From Podospora anserina (taxonomy: Eukaryota): a stretch of DNA of 64,000 nucleotides. The stretch spans positions 1,302,001 to 1,366,000 of the forward strand of contig CM030338.1 in assembly GCA_017654855.1 (NCBI GenBank), written 5' to 3'. The position numbers and the translations under genes were made by a program. The notes beneath the pieces were generated by a model. That model saw only the letters and a list, made by a program, of their open reading frames with translations. It was not told the DNA's origin and ran no database searches. Positions 10,634-24,094 of the stretch are shown in pieces. Position 1 is the stretch's first letter. Each line of letters starts with the position of its first letter.

Positions 10634-12052
10634 CTAGACATCAGGAGGAGCCTCAAGACGCTTGGCATAAAACCAACCATCCCTCACATACCACTTGTGC
10701 TTGAGCCGATCAATCTGACGACGCTGATAGAGACCCCAATGGCCATCCACCTCCTCCACCCACCACTCCTTGTACGGGTCCCTGTTGGCCGGCATAAAGT
10801 CCTGAGGCTCGAAGCATCCCTCCTGCTTGGCATGCTCAATGTCAGCAGCCAATCGCTCGCTCTGAGTGAGGCCAATGCCCAAGGCAGGCTCAAAGTGGAC
10901 GTGAGGAGGCTGCGCACCAGGAGTTGGGCTACCAGGGAAAGCTTGGTGGCCGTGACCGTTCGGCATCTGCATCAACGGATTCATGCCAGGCTGCATCCGA
11001 GAGTAGGCAATGCCGGCGCCGGGGAAGCTGGGCAGAATGGGACCACCTTGAGGGCCAAACATGCCCATGGCAGGCATACCAGCGCCGGGCATGGCGGGCA
11101 TGGCAGGCATGGTGACGCCGGCGGGGGACGACACCACAGGTCCCTGAGGACCCATCATGTAGCCTCCTTGGAGGGCATAACCACCCATCTGGCACAAGGG
11201 AGTGTCTTGACCGGTGACCTGTGAAAAACTTGATTAGCAAGTGTCGCACAAAATCTGACTTGAAAAAGCACATCAAAGACCACTCGGTCGCCTGTTCGAT
11301 GACTGAATCGAAACAAAAAGTCGGAAACTGCTGGCGTCAATTACCTGAGGAAAACCAGCAGCCAGGCCAGCGAAATAAGCCATGCTAGGGGGATCCCGAC
11401 GAGGGATGTACGTCTGGGTCATAGGTCCAAACTGGGTGGAGGGCAGCTGGGGCTGAAAGTGAATCCCATTGGGGTTCAGGACAGGAGGGGCAGCCGGGAA
11501 GGCACGCATTGAGCGTAGAGGGGTGGTCGGCCTGGCGCCATTGTTGCCGTTCTGGTCATCTTGTTCCGACTTCATCTTGCTGGTAAAAGGACTCGCCTGA
11601 GGATGGGGTGGGAAATCGAGGTCGAAGCGAGCCCTTTTATGAGGAATCAAGCCGACAGCCGGGGCAGGAGCTGCTCCCATAGGTTGCCGGGCCGCACCTG
11701 TGCCCTCATCGTACCCATCTGGTTTGCGTTTGAGGCTGATAATCTCCGCCCCCAATAATTCCATTTTTCGATCCACCTCCCCGCTCTCCCCATCTCTGAT
11801 GGCCATCTCCCGTTCAAAATCTTCCGCCGCGTCTTGAACCACATGTCCCAAGACTTTATATTCAAGCTTGGTCGGGAGCGCATCGGGGTTCTTGGTGAGC
11901 CCTTCAAGTCTGAGGTTCAGTATCTCGCAACCAGTAGCTAGGTGGTCAATGGTATCAGAAAGCTCGGCGAGGAGCTCATTCTGTTCTTTGATTTGGTCGG
12001 CAGAGTCGTCGTCCTTGTTCGGCCCAGAGGCGGGGCCTCCTATGGTGAGCAT
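10634..12052 (-). CDS. Hypothetical protein, 2 coding exons (12052-11345, 11218-10634); Pro/Met/Gly-rich middle and Trp-rich C-terminal domain
   Basis: Intron 11344-11219 (CAG|GTAATT...GCTAAT...CACAG|GTC) joins ORFs 11273..12100 and 10634..11197 in frame. CAAAATG start chosen, but the start is uncertain. C-terminus FEPQDFMPA...WWVEEVDGHW...KWYVRDGWFYAKRL looks like a folded domain. Confidence 0.7.
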
Positions 12053-13374
12053 TTTGAATGTGTGGCGATCGCCGGTTGTGTGGGTGTTGCGCCGATACAA
12101 AAGTCGACAGGACCGCAGAAGCCGGCGATCTTTTTATCCTCAACAACAACACCCCCATTCATTTGAGCGGGTCCTCAATTGCTCCAGGAGCTCACTTGAG
12201 CTATGGCCATTGGAAATTATTGTGGGTTCAACCTGGCCATCTTCACTCACTGACTTCAGTGCTCAACTTGCTCTCCCAGCCGCCTGGAGGTGCCAGCTGG
12301 GAGCAACTAACCCTTATCAACACCGCGTACGTACCGTATCTCGAAGAACCCACATGTTTCTGGTGCGGCTCCAGTGCCAGCGGTAGCGTTGGGGATTGCT
12401 ACGCTGGTTGCTCCCGCGTTCGTGGGTTGTCTTGGTGATTGGCCAGCAGGGGAGGCACATGTCGTCGAAGTGAGTTGATGGTTGGGGTTGGATCAAAATG
12501 TGAATTTTGAAGACTCTACTTGGGTACGGAGAAGAGAAAGGAGACAAATCCTCAGGACGACCTCAGATCACAAGACAGAGCACAGTGCGGAGATCAGCCA
12601 GCAAGGAAGGCACCACGGGAGCAGTCAGGTCTTGGTCACACCGGCCAGTGAGTATCGTATGTTGTCGCTGATAGCACTGTGTAGTCATCAAGCTGTTCAG
12701 AGGGCCATTTTACAGCTATTCAGATTCACAAAGGAGAGCTGGAAGACGGTCTTTTGAGTGGACTCTGGTCAACGAACAACACACGATGAGCTCTGTGGAT
12801 TTTATGAATCTCTGCCTGATGCCAGATGGAAGGACTTACAACCCCTGAATTGTGTCACCTTGGCATCAGACAACCCCTTTCGATCCGGACCTCCCATATA
12901 TAACAGTAGACATTTCGACTGCCTGGCACCATAACACCCAAAAATAGTCCGGCAAAATGCCACCAAGCTGATCAAAATATGCCACATACCAATTCGTCCT
13001 GTCCCTTCACCCCAGAGGGAACAAATGATTCTATATGACCACCAAAACACCGCTATTATACAATTTCCATTGGGAGGAGAGAATACCCTTGCGCTATGCA
13101 TAAACCCGTCCGCCACCCTAGGTACCACCCCTGGCCGAGTTTTTCCCACATTCATCTTCGTACACATCACCATCGAGCCCTCCGTAAGCTGAATTTACAT
13201 ATAGCAACCGCAAGGTGGGCCGGGCACCAAGTTTCGAGGCAAGTCTGCTGCGATCTTGGGTCGATCAAAGAAGAGATTTATCGTCGGCGAAGCTCACAAG
13301 GGCTCCCGTAGATGCCATCGAGTCATCTCGTTTATTTTCGTAGGAAGTGCGATCACGATCAACATGGTCCTGCT

Positions 13375-14156
13375 TTAAAGGTTCTCGAGCTCCTTGTGTT
13401 GCGGTTGGCTTGTGGGGAAGAATGTGCGCCGGGTGATCTACAACACAATTAGTTCAACCTTCTTGAAGTAGAAATCGGAACGCAAGGAAGACTTACCGCC
13501 CAGAGACCAGCCACCGAGGCCACGAGACCACCCGAAATCATCATTGGCCGGAGACCCCTTGTGCTCTTGAAAATCGCGCCGCTGATGCCACCCGCCAGAA
13601 TCATGTTGGCAGCATCGTGCTTCCCCCTGACGTAGCCAATGTATGAGTTGACGCAGTTGTACACAATAGCCACCACACCCGCCGAGTTGCCCAAGAAAGG
13701 TCCTCTCCTGGTGATCGAGTTGAGCACCGTGTTCAACCGCAGCTTTGGCGGCTGGTCGGCCGACCTCCTCAATCCTTCTTGTAGACCCCAAGCACCTCCT
13801 AATGTCAGACCTGCCAGGTAGGTCACACCGGTGCCGTAGCAGAGATCGTCTGTGAAGCCGCGGGATGGCAGTACCGACTGGCCACCGGGGAGGTCTGTGA
13901 GGGCAGAGTCTTCGAGGCTGAGGTAGTCGAGTGTGTCCTTGTCGATGCCAGCGAAGGCATGTAGTTGTGTTGGGTCGGCGAAAGAAGAGGTGCCGAGGAA
14001 CTGCTCAACACCCTGGGCCTGGGTTGGGTCGAAGGGAGCTGGGGAGGAGGCATAGCCGGTGCTGGTGGGTGGTGACTGTGTGGTGGGTGGCGGCGCAGTC
14101 GATGAGGGGGTTTGTGACGAGGACTTCTTGCCCGTCAGGGTATCCCAGAGAGACAT
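13375..14156 (-). CDS. TIM23: Mitochondrial inner-membrane translocase subunit Tim23
   Basis: LPSRGFTDDLCYGTG, KLRLNTVLNSITRRGPFLGNSAG, GAIFKSTRG motifs; intron 13496-13438 (GTAAGT...CTAAT...TAG); last exon ITRRTFFPTSQPQHKELENL*. Confidence 0.95.
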
Positions 14157-14893
14157 TTTGGCGGCGGAGGGGTAAACCGGACCGAGAGGTGACAAAGATA
14201 GAAGCCGAATTGGATGGAGCGGGTGCTGTACGACGGGGTGGGCGTCTACACGGCGGGTTCGCAAGACGGGATTTGGTGCGCTGAGGTCTGAGTGGGAGAG
14301 AGCTGCCGGGTCTGGGGGTCACGTCGGCGGCGATCGATAAGCAGTCAAAGCCAAAAAAAATTTACCGGCCATGAGGATGGCCCGTGCACTGGCTCGGGCT
14401 TGGCACCCGTGTAGAGATCTACGCAACTACCGCTGGGAGACGTAAGACAATATGTATGTTGAAGTAGGTAGAGCGAATTACGTTCTTCTATGCCTGGGGT
14501 CAACTAGATGATAATACGAATTTGAAACTTGGAGAGTCCCCTTCAACTCAGTGTTGTAAGCGTTGTAAGCTGTATTAGCTCTCCCATAATGACGGCAGCC
14601 AAGACCAAGGTGAGCAAGGTGAGGGTGCTTGTAATTCACGGTGAGCCATGACAACCCTATCCCCGTACAACACCCAAAATTTCTCCCTCTTCTGGCTGTC
14701 GCATATTCAAGTCCAGGATACACTCATTTGAGCTTATTGAGAAGGGAGCTATATGCCGGCGATTTGAGGCTCTTGCAGTTCTACAATCTTTTATTCTCAC
14801 CACTTTTGTTGGGAACCCCATCATCGCACCTTCTGAGCTTTCATATTTCACTACCCCTCCTTCTTTGATAAATTTATCAAGACCCTGCCAAGC

Positions 14894-17800
14894 ATGGAGG
14901 GGCAGACCTCAGACGGCAGCATCGATGCACTCATTTCTGGACTCGGCCCGGAAATCTTTGAAAATGCAAACACCATCTCAAAATGGCTGTTGAGTCGGCC
15001 TGAAGAAACCAGACCCCAGTATGTTCACGTACCTGTATCTCACCCACATAGGCAATTCATTTCACTAATAATTACACCCTCAACAGGCTGGCCGAGGCCC
15101 TTGTCCAGAAACTCTTCCAGGATGCCTCACAGGCTCGCCAATATCATGGAAATGGTCACGCCTGCGTCAGGCTGTGCAGCTTTGTTCAGCAATGCTTCAA
15201 GTCTAGCGACCAGACCTTGAAGAAGTGGTCCACCACAGAGGCTCTCACTTTGGAGCTCTTCCTCTTCTACTTGGAGTGGTACGAACACGATCCTCACAGA
15301 GCCCTGCGTCTGATTCTGGATGTGCTTGTAGCGGCTTGCACCAACAACCCTTGCCCCGAGACAGGACGGGCCATCCAGGGACGCGTGCTGGAAACGCTCG
15401 TCCAAATCATCACTCGAAAATATCCCAAGCAACTGACAAAATCAGGACTTCAATGTCTTGAGCATCTCCTCAGCAAGCGCGTGGTCTCATTAGACGACAT
15501 AGCTTTGACCTACAAACAGGTAGAGCCAGCAGTGGCTTCTCTGCCGAGTCTTGAGCTCTGGAAATCATTCGTCTTCCATCTGTTTTCCTGGATGGAACTT
15601 ACCTATGTTTGCCCTCTGGCCGGAAAATGCATCGTTCATGTTTTCCGCGGTCTAGACAGCGCTGCGGCACTGGATTCCACCACAGGGTTCGACGTTGAGT
15701 TATGGCGGCAATGGTTACAAGATGCCCTTGTTCAGAATCCAGAGATTTTGGAAGACATCAAAAACTATGTGCTGGTGGCCATCTTCAAGACCGATAAAGC
15801 TGCGGCTTTGAGACTGTTACATGTCTTCAACAAGGAGCAGCTCTCTAACAACCAGCAAAGATCCGATCAGGGTATTTTACTTCAGCTGGCTACGTTGGAG
15901 CTGGGCAAGAAGACTGGTCTGGTGGACGAGCCCGCCAGCCAGCCTGAGGAGTCAAAACACCTTGCATTGGATTCAAAAGTTTTGGGGACACTGCTTGGCC
16001 ATCCCACCATTTCGGTGAGATGTAGCGCTCTGTCCCTGGTGGTCTCATCCCAGGCCACCACCAAGCCTCTTTCAGAGGATGCCTTCAGCCTGTTAAGGAC
16101 ATACCTGGCCGCCTTTCACGCGGATTACGATGCCAAAGTCCGTAACGAGGTCCTTGGACTCACCAAAAATCTGCTGAAGCGTGTAAAGAGCATCATCACC
16201 GTTGCTCGACGAAGTTTGGCCGATTTTGCAAACCGGGAATCCCAACTCGCCGCTGGCGGTAATGCCGAGCCACCTCTGAAGAAGAAGAAGGCGGGTCCTG
16301 AAGCTGCTCTGAGGGATGCTTCCGAAGCGAAATCCGTTCTTACATCGCACCAAAACTTCCTAGAGTGGTATGTAGGCTTTCTCAGAGACGAGCTGATACC
16401 TACGGCGTCGTACCAGCGCCATATTACTGCTGTGAAAGCTGCTCTTTTGGCCGTCAGAGTTGGAAAGCACGCCGCTGCTACAGACGATACTGTTGATGAG
16501 GATGTGATCCGATTGATCGCTAATGATCCTACCTGGACTCGTCTTCTTTTCGATCTTCTGTTGGATCCCTTCGACGACGTCCGAGAGGCTGCTTCGACAC
16601 TCTTGAGTTTAATACCACAAGAACTGATAGCTAGACCTGTGGCCCAATCACGGAGATCAGAAACGCTCCTCGACATCCTTCGGAGCTTCTGTGGACGGGC
16701 TAATGCGTTGGCTGACAGAACTGGGCGAGCTGACCACGGTGATGGAGCCGCTCGGGCTCAGGGTCTTTCATGCAGCTGGCTGAATGCCCAACAGCTGCAG
16801 ATTCAGTACCTGGCAGAAATTATCAGTGGTATTGAAGCCAAGATTTCCAAAGCGGAACAAGATTTAGGACATGCGGCAATCGAGAGCCCTGTTCATGCCG
16901 ATTTTGCAGCAATTAGGCAAGTCAACGAACATGACGAAGCCAGGGCGTTGTACTGACATGTCTATTCAGCTATGTCTGGCAGGTGCTCGCCAAGCAAACT
17001 TACGCTGAAACCGAGTTAGAAGCCCTCCGCCAACTTCAAGAGCGGATATTTGGTGGAGCGCAACGGATATGGCTGGCAGTCAAACATGTTCTTTGTGATG
17101 ACTCCCCGGAAGGCCATTTGCCCGAAGAAATGGAAGACATTGAAGGCCTGGACACCAAGGACCTTCTTAGCTACAGCTTCCGCGCGGTCCACGAGTCTAG
17201 GTACGGTCATCTTGCCCTGCGTGCAAACCCTGCTAACCGTTCCTAGTAACCTCTTGCGCCTCATCATGGGGACCTTACGGTTGAAGGCAGTGGCCGGTGT
17301 GCCTTTTCCTCCTCTAGAGGTGTTCAAAAAGACAGGTTACCTGACTTTTGAACAACTGGCTCAGCTGAGACATCGTGGTGCCTTCTCTACAGTCTCGTAT
17401 ACTTTTACGAACTGTTGCCAACTTACCCAAAATCTGAAGACTGTGTACCCTAACGCTGATGAAGAGGCTGATCTTCTTCGTGACTGGTACAAGGTAAGTA
17501 ATCAAGTTTTGCTGTCGAAAGAATGGCTGCTGATCTGTCTACTTAAGGGGGCAGTAGAGTGCATCATGACCCAAGCATCGACGACTCGCCGGTCGGCAGG
17601 CATTCCATCTCTTATTGCCGCTGTTCTGTCGGCGAATGCCTCTTCTCCATCTTTCGACGAGGTCTACGGCAACCTCGAGCAAATTGGAAAGAAACCCGTA
17701 ACGCAAGCTGAGACTGATGGCTCCAACCTTCCGCAAGTTCACGCCCTCAACTGCCTGAGAGAAATCTTCAGGAGTTCGCTTCTCAGTAAGCGCGCCGAGG

Positions 17801-19878
17801 GTTACTTGGCCAGAACGCTGCATCTTGCTTCAACCAGTCTGAAGTCTGAAGTGTAAGTTCGTCGAAATAGGCCGTGAATATGAAGATAGCAAAACTGACA
17901 AGAGGTTAGCTGGGCAATCCGCAACTGTGGCCTTCTCCTTCTGAGAGCGCTCATAGATTGTCTGCTCGGCACCGGCGAGAGCAAGGCCATCATTGAATCT
18001 GGTTGGGACGGCAACTCTGTTCGTATCTCGTACAACAAGTATCCGGAACTACCAGATATCATTCTCGGCCTTCTTGAAGCAGACGATGTCGACGCGGGGC
18101 TGGCCAACTCTGCCGCTGCGGAAGCGGTATTCCCCGCTCTTGACATCATTCGTCGTGCTGGCCCTCCAGAGGAGCACAGAGGCGAGCTGCGGAGGCGCAT
18201 TGAAAACTATCTCGGCAGCAAGGTTTGGCACGTTCGTGAGATTGCTGCCAGAACCCTCTGCTCCTTCTTGTTGAGAGAGGATTGGGTGTCTGAGATTGGC
18301 AAGCTTCTTGAGCAAGCCGGCACTTCGTCCAATCGGCTCCATGGCGCTCTTCTCACAGCGAGATTTGTTATTGAACGCAAGTCAGACTTGGGCAGTGACC
18401 TAAAGACAGAAAATGCTTGGGCAGAGTCTCTTGTGGAGATTCTTGCTACCAAAAGCAAGGTCTTTGGACGCTGCCCAGAGGTGGAAGCGGGTTATCTTGA
18501 GATTCTCAATCTGCTCATCAAGCTTCAATGTCTGACCACAGACAAGCTGGCTTCCACTCTCCAGATCTCAACCAAGACCGGGAGCCCAGCTTCGGCGCTG
18601 TTGGAGATGGAGATTGCTCTCGGACTAGTCCACGAAACAGCTTCGTCCGGTGACGTTGCCGGTCTCCGCAACTACCTTGTCGAGCTGCTAGCTAGAGATG
18701 TCAACGTCGCCAGCCGAATGCTCGAAGCCATTCCAGCTGCCTTCTCCCAGGCACAGGATGACAACTCCAGGGTCCGGTCAGAGATTTGCCAGTTGTGTGT
18801 TGAGGTCTGCAGCACTTCACCTGCCCCTGAGGTCCGCGCGGTGTCACTCGCCAACCTCGGGGCGCTGATGTCGGCCATGCTCTCCAACGGTCATACTTCC
18901 GAATTGCCCTCCCTGTCCCAGCTCGACACCCTCTGGTCAGACCTCCCAAAGTGGTCCATCAACCCAGAGCTATCTTGGGCCATCACCGAAACAAGCGGCA
19001 CAATAATGGCCATTCTCGCCTCTTGCCACAGAGACAACCTCCCAGACTTGGACGAAAGACTCCGTAACTGGGGTGCTCTGATTTCAGATTCTCTGCACGT
19101 CGACAATGTAAGTCCCCTTTCCCCCATCCCCTTTCTCATCACCCACTAACTGTGTGCCCCAAAGTCATTCGACACCCGCCACGCCGCCGCTTTCTCTCTG
19201 CACACCTTTTTTTCCCTCATCCCCGCCCCCCTTTTCCGAACCGCGTACCTGCCGGCCTTTTCAGCCCTCTACACAGCCCTAACAGACGACGACGACGAAA
19301 TCCGCGAGGTTGCCGCGCTCGCGGTGTCCAGTCTCACGGCCCAACCGGCAACAGCAAATATCTCGTCCAAAACCCTTGTTACCTCCCTCCTCCCTTCTCA
19401 CCTCCCCACTCCAGAGTTTTTTTCCCTTGCCATCTCCCATTTAACCTCTGGTAACCTCCCAGCGGAAACAAAACTCGGCAAGGCGCTCGACTTTGACGAC
19501 GCGTTATTCGCAGCAGAGGAGCAGAATTTGTTTGTTGACGAGGTTAGAGAGGCGAGGGAGTGGAGGAGGGGGTTGGTGGGTGCTATTGAGGCTAACAAAA
19601 ATGGGGAGAGGGTTTTGAAAGAGTGGAAGGAGTGGACTGTGCAGGGGCTGAAGGCGGTGGTGAAGGTGATGAAGGAAAAAAGAGAGGATGGACCGTTGGG
19701 GTGGACGAGCGATCAAAAGGTTTTTGCTGTTGTGGCTCGGGTTTTGATCTCTGCGAGGGGGGTGCTGGCTGTTGATGAGGGGGAGGAGGTGGAGGTGTTG
19801 TTGGGTGAGGTGGTCGAGATGGGGAGGGGGGGGTTGTTGCATGGGGGTTTGGTGGGGTTGGCCTTGGAGGAGGTTTGA
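14894..19878 (+). CDS. TRM732: THADA/Trm732-like armadillo-repeat protein (DUF2428), tRNA 2'-O-methylation cofactor; about 7 exons
   Basis: LRHRGAFS, TTRRSAGIP, PQVHALNCLREIF, WAIRNCGLLL motifs; exons joined by introns near 15019, 16917-16969 (GC-AG), about 17201, 17494-17547, about 17853 and about 19108. Confidence 0.88.
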
Positions 19879-20058
19879 GTGTAGAACAACAATCGAGGAG
19901 AAAAAAAGGGGGTTAGTGAAATCAAGATGTTCTTTTTGACAGATTGATAAGTTTCTACAGACAACAAACCTACACACAGTGAGAACTCCCTCGGAAATAT
20001 ATGTAAATATGTATGTACGGCCTGTATGTATAATGTATTCCATCTATTTATTAACCCG

Positions 20059-20097
20059 CCCATCCCATCCCATCCCATCCCATCCCATCCCATCCCA
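20059..20097. repeat. (CCATC)n pentanucleotide microsatellite
   Basis: About 7 tandem ccatc units between the convergent TRM732 and ITC1 genes. Confidence 0.9.
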
Positions 20098-20490
20098 CTT
20101 ACTACACCCCTAACCCTGTTACAAAACACATACACACAACGCTCCTCCTCCTCCTCCTCCTCCCTATCCTCCTCCTCCCCATCCCCAACCCCAACCTCCT
20201 CCTTTGCCTTTTCCTCCCTTGATTTCCCCCAGAAAAAACCTTTTTGATGATGCGCCAACCACCCCGCTCAACATAAAAAACAAGCAAAACAAACCAAAAA
20301 CTCTAAAATCAACGCCGCCAATCCACCATCGACATGCAAAATATGCGGCCCTTCCCCCAATCAAACATCTAAACCTCACATGCACAAACAAAGCCCATGC
20401 CATCCGCTGTAAACTCAAGACAGAGAGAGAACAGGATAATGAACAACTTTTTTTCTTCTTCAACAACCCCTTCTCAGACTAGAGAAAAAA

Positions 20491-23400
20491 TCACTTCATA
20501 CTCTGCCTCCCCCCCTTCTTCCCCCTCGTAGCATTAGCAACCGGCTCAGCCACCACCTCAGCCACCACCGCAGCAGCAGCAGCAGCCTCCTTCTTCTTGG
20601 TCGGCTTCCTCGACCTCGCCGGCGGCGGCTCAAGACTGTGCAAGTGCCCAATCTCTTCCATCGCCGTCGTGTTCGTCCAGTTCAGACACCTATACTTTGG
20701 CTTCTCCTTCTCCTCCTCCTCCTCCTCCTCCTCAACCGGCGCGGCAGGAACCGAGTGCCTGACCCGCGTGCTCCTCTTTCCCTTGTGAGGTTCCGGAGAC
20801 ACCTCCTTGACAGAGGCGGTCTCCTCTTCCTTCTTTTCTGTGGCGCCATTGGTGACAGACTCCTCTGTTGGGGCGGCGGTAGCGGCGGGGGTGTCGTCGA
20901 TGCCGAGGTATTTCCTCCTGTTGACCATGTTTTTCGCAATCTTGTCGCGGTAGTTGACCAGTTCCTTGCGGAGCTTCAGCTCGTTGACGCCACGGGGGTC
21001 GAGCCAGGTGAGAAGCTTGTCGACGTCCTCCTCCCGGTCGTAGTAGCCCCACTGATGGGCGTTGAAGACGCTGGTCTTGCCTTCTTCGAGCTTCTTCCGC
21101 TCTGGGACCGTCATCTCAAACTTGGCCTTGTACTCCTCCTGATACTCCTCCTTTGTGTCGATGTAACCCTCCCTCTCCAGCTCATCCGGCCCCTGCACCC
21201 AAATGCAACCGTTGGCGTACTCCGCCTCGGCTGTCGAGCTGTCTGGCAGACCACCATACGGCATGCCGTTTCTCTCGAACCAGTAGTATCGGTTCCAAAA
21301 CCTGTCCTTGCCCAGGACTCTGGTTCTGGGACAGTCGGCCTCCCGGAGGTCATTGTCGATGATGGCAATCTCCTTTTCGCACTCGGCAATGTCGTCCTCT
21401 TTCTTTTGAATGTCTCTGAGGACCTTGGTGAACTGTTTGGACTGCTTAGGGACCTTGGCAGCGGCCTCGGCCTTTTCCTTGCGCTCGGCTTCCTTTTCGG
21501 CTTTGCGCTTGCGCTCAACGGCACGGTCGTGCCCCCGCCGGAGCTTCCGGCCATCCTCTTCAGAGTCTGGAATCTCGTCAGATGTGTGGTTAGCTTGGAG
21601 GTCATCAACATCAGTCATCTTGACGTCTCCATTTATGATGGCGACCTTGGTAGGCTCCAGAGGTGGGCTTGGCGGGAGGTTATCTGGAAGGAGGATCTTG
21701 CGCTGATCATTCAGACTCTTCAACTCCTCGATTCTGCAAAGATGTTAGTGATCCAGTCTCCATGTCAGACATCTCCGAACCACTCACAGTTGTTTCCTCT
21801 TCCTCTGCCACTCAATCTTTTCCTTTCGGTAGGCAGTCATGGTCTCGCTGCAGTCCTCCATGTACCCACGGATGGCCCTCGTCTCAGCAGTCAGCATGCA
21901 AATAATCTGCAGCGCCTGCACCCGATAGTTGACATCAAGTGTGGCATATTTCCGCCGAACCGTCTCCCGGCTGGGCTCGATGTCGACTGGAACCAACTGC
22001 TCCAAGAGCTCTTCACAGCTAGCCTTGAGCCGCTCGCTCTTAGACAGCTGGTGCAAAAGCCCCACCATGATGAGCTCCCAACCGCCATCCTTGAAGCTGC
22101 GTTTCCTCAGCTGCTCGATCCAGTCAAAGCCCTGAAGCACCTCTTCGGCACGGTGCCCCGGCGCATCTTCCATCTCCGCCTCTTCTTGCTCTGCCGCCGC
22201 GAGTTCTGCCGCAAGCCGCTCCGCCTCCAACTTGGCCATGCTGCTTCTGGTGGCCCGCCCGGATGGCTGGGGCTCTGGTTCCGGAGTCGGTGCCGCACTC
22301 TCTTCCGGCTCCTCTTCCTCTTCCTCCTCTTCGAGCTCTGGGAGCTGGATCTGGACTTTGCCACCCTCCGCCTCAGAGCTCACCAAGATCTTGAGGACGG
22401 AGCAGTGAATCTCTGTGAAAAGCTCGACTGGCACCTCTTCCGAGGCAACAAGCATGGCTTCCACATAGTCATCAAATGTGAAGGAGTCGAGCTTGAAAAT
22501 TTCGCAGTACACGTTCAGAGTGTCCCAAGTCTCCAACAACGGGCCAACACTCTTCATGAGAATCTTCTCGCTGAAGGGAGATTTGGACTCGGCATCCACT
22601 TCGACGGGAGTGTCTTTGCACATAAACTTTAGTTGTGGCCTCACATGGCCCCTGATGTTCAGCTGCAGGTCCTCGATGGGATACTTTGGTGGAGGTGGGG
22701 GCGGTGGCGGCTCGGGCGTTTGCGGTACCATTGGTGGTGGAATCTGACCGCGGAAGGATATCGGAAACTGGAACGGATTCCCAGGAAGTGGCAAATGCAT
22801 AAACTGGCCAGGCTCGTGCGTGTTGCCGTTGGCTTGCATCGCCTGCTGCTTGGCCCTAAGAAGAGCACGCTCTGCCTGGGCAGCCTGCTGAGCTTTGGAT
22901 TTGTGACTTTTGGGCGCCGGCTTCAGCTCGGGCAATCGAACGGGACCGGTAGGGCTAATCGATCCCGACAGCAAGCTCGAGTCATGGTTCGACATTCTTT
23001 TCTGCGCCTGGAGCTGCTTGCGCTCCTGGAGCTTGGTGTCGAAGCGCAGGTGGGCCGGTACGCGCGTGTCGATGTGGTATTTCTCGGCGACCTCGTCCTT
23101 GACCAGCCAAGGCGCCCCATTCCAAGCTTCTCTCGTGACTGTCTTCTTGATGTACTGGCGCAGTACCTGCTTTGTGAAGATTTTGCGATCCCGAAATATA
23201 TGCGCATCGTCGACGACCGCCTCCTCGGCAGGCGACATGGTCAGACTGACAAAGTAGGTCGCAAAGGGTTTTGACAATGTCCCATCAGGAAGCATTTTGC
23301 CACCAAAACGGGTCTTGTCCCTGACAATACCAGCGAGCTTCTCGGTGTGGCCTATAACTTCCACCAACACGGCCTCGCCGGGATAATAGTCGTTTTTGAA

Positions 23401-24094
23401 CTCGTCGTATATCTGATCGACGAGCGTATCGATCCGAGAAACTGTCGAAAATTGGATGCGTCGGAGAACGGGGCCCTTGAGAGCTTCGGGGAAGATATCA
23501 TCGACCTCGGCGGCATTAGCGAGCTAGGCAGGGCAAGAACCCTCGTTAGTATGTTGCCGGGACGAAGGAGGAAGAAGCCGGACCAAGCCTACCTCGCTCT
23601 CGAGCGCATCAAAGAAACTCAACCCAGAGTGACCGGTTATAGTACAGATGAAGCGTTTCTGCAAGAGTGTGAGTATAACTAGTCACGCAGACAGAGCTAC
23701 TCGAGAGTGGAAAAGGGGGGATGCCATACTTGCTTATAAAAGTCCATCCTGAAACACAATGTTAGCATTTTGAAATTCAGAGGAGTCAGAGACAAGCAGT
23801 GGACGTGGTTGACATACCGGTTCAGATAGTCTTCATAGGTGGTAAAGACCTCGCCGGTCTGAGGGATGTGCCATACCTAGTAGCAAGAAAAAGTTAGAAA
23901 CCAATTCAATTGACCAGGGGGTGAATTCAGGAGAAAGGGGGGGGGGATGGTAGTAGACACACCTCCTGCTGCTCATCATCAATATCAGGCACGGGCAGAA
24001 ACTGCACCGGCTTGCGCTTGAATTGCACCTGAACATTCACAGTGGTTAGTGGTGACATGGGGACCACGGCGGGCGAAAAGCTGCGGCCTACCAT
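20491..24094 (-). CDS. ITC1: ISWI chromatin-remodelling accessory subunit Itc1/ACF1 (WAC, DDT, WHIM, WSD domains); 7 exons
   Basis: Spliced N-terminus M|VQFKRKPVQFLP...VWHIPQTGEVFTTYEDYLNR|MDFYKQ|KRFICTITGHSGLSFFDALESE (WAC); LLETWDTLNVYCEIFKLDSFTFDDY (DDT); LGKDRFWNRYYWFE; first intron 24091-24029, last intron 21787-21734. Confidence 0.92.

Noticed and set aside
20638-22632. 664-aa plus-strand ORF antisense to ITC1
   Set aside because: No recognisable motifs; explained by the codon bias of the sense gene leaving the antisense frame stop-free.
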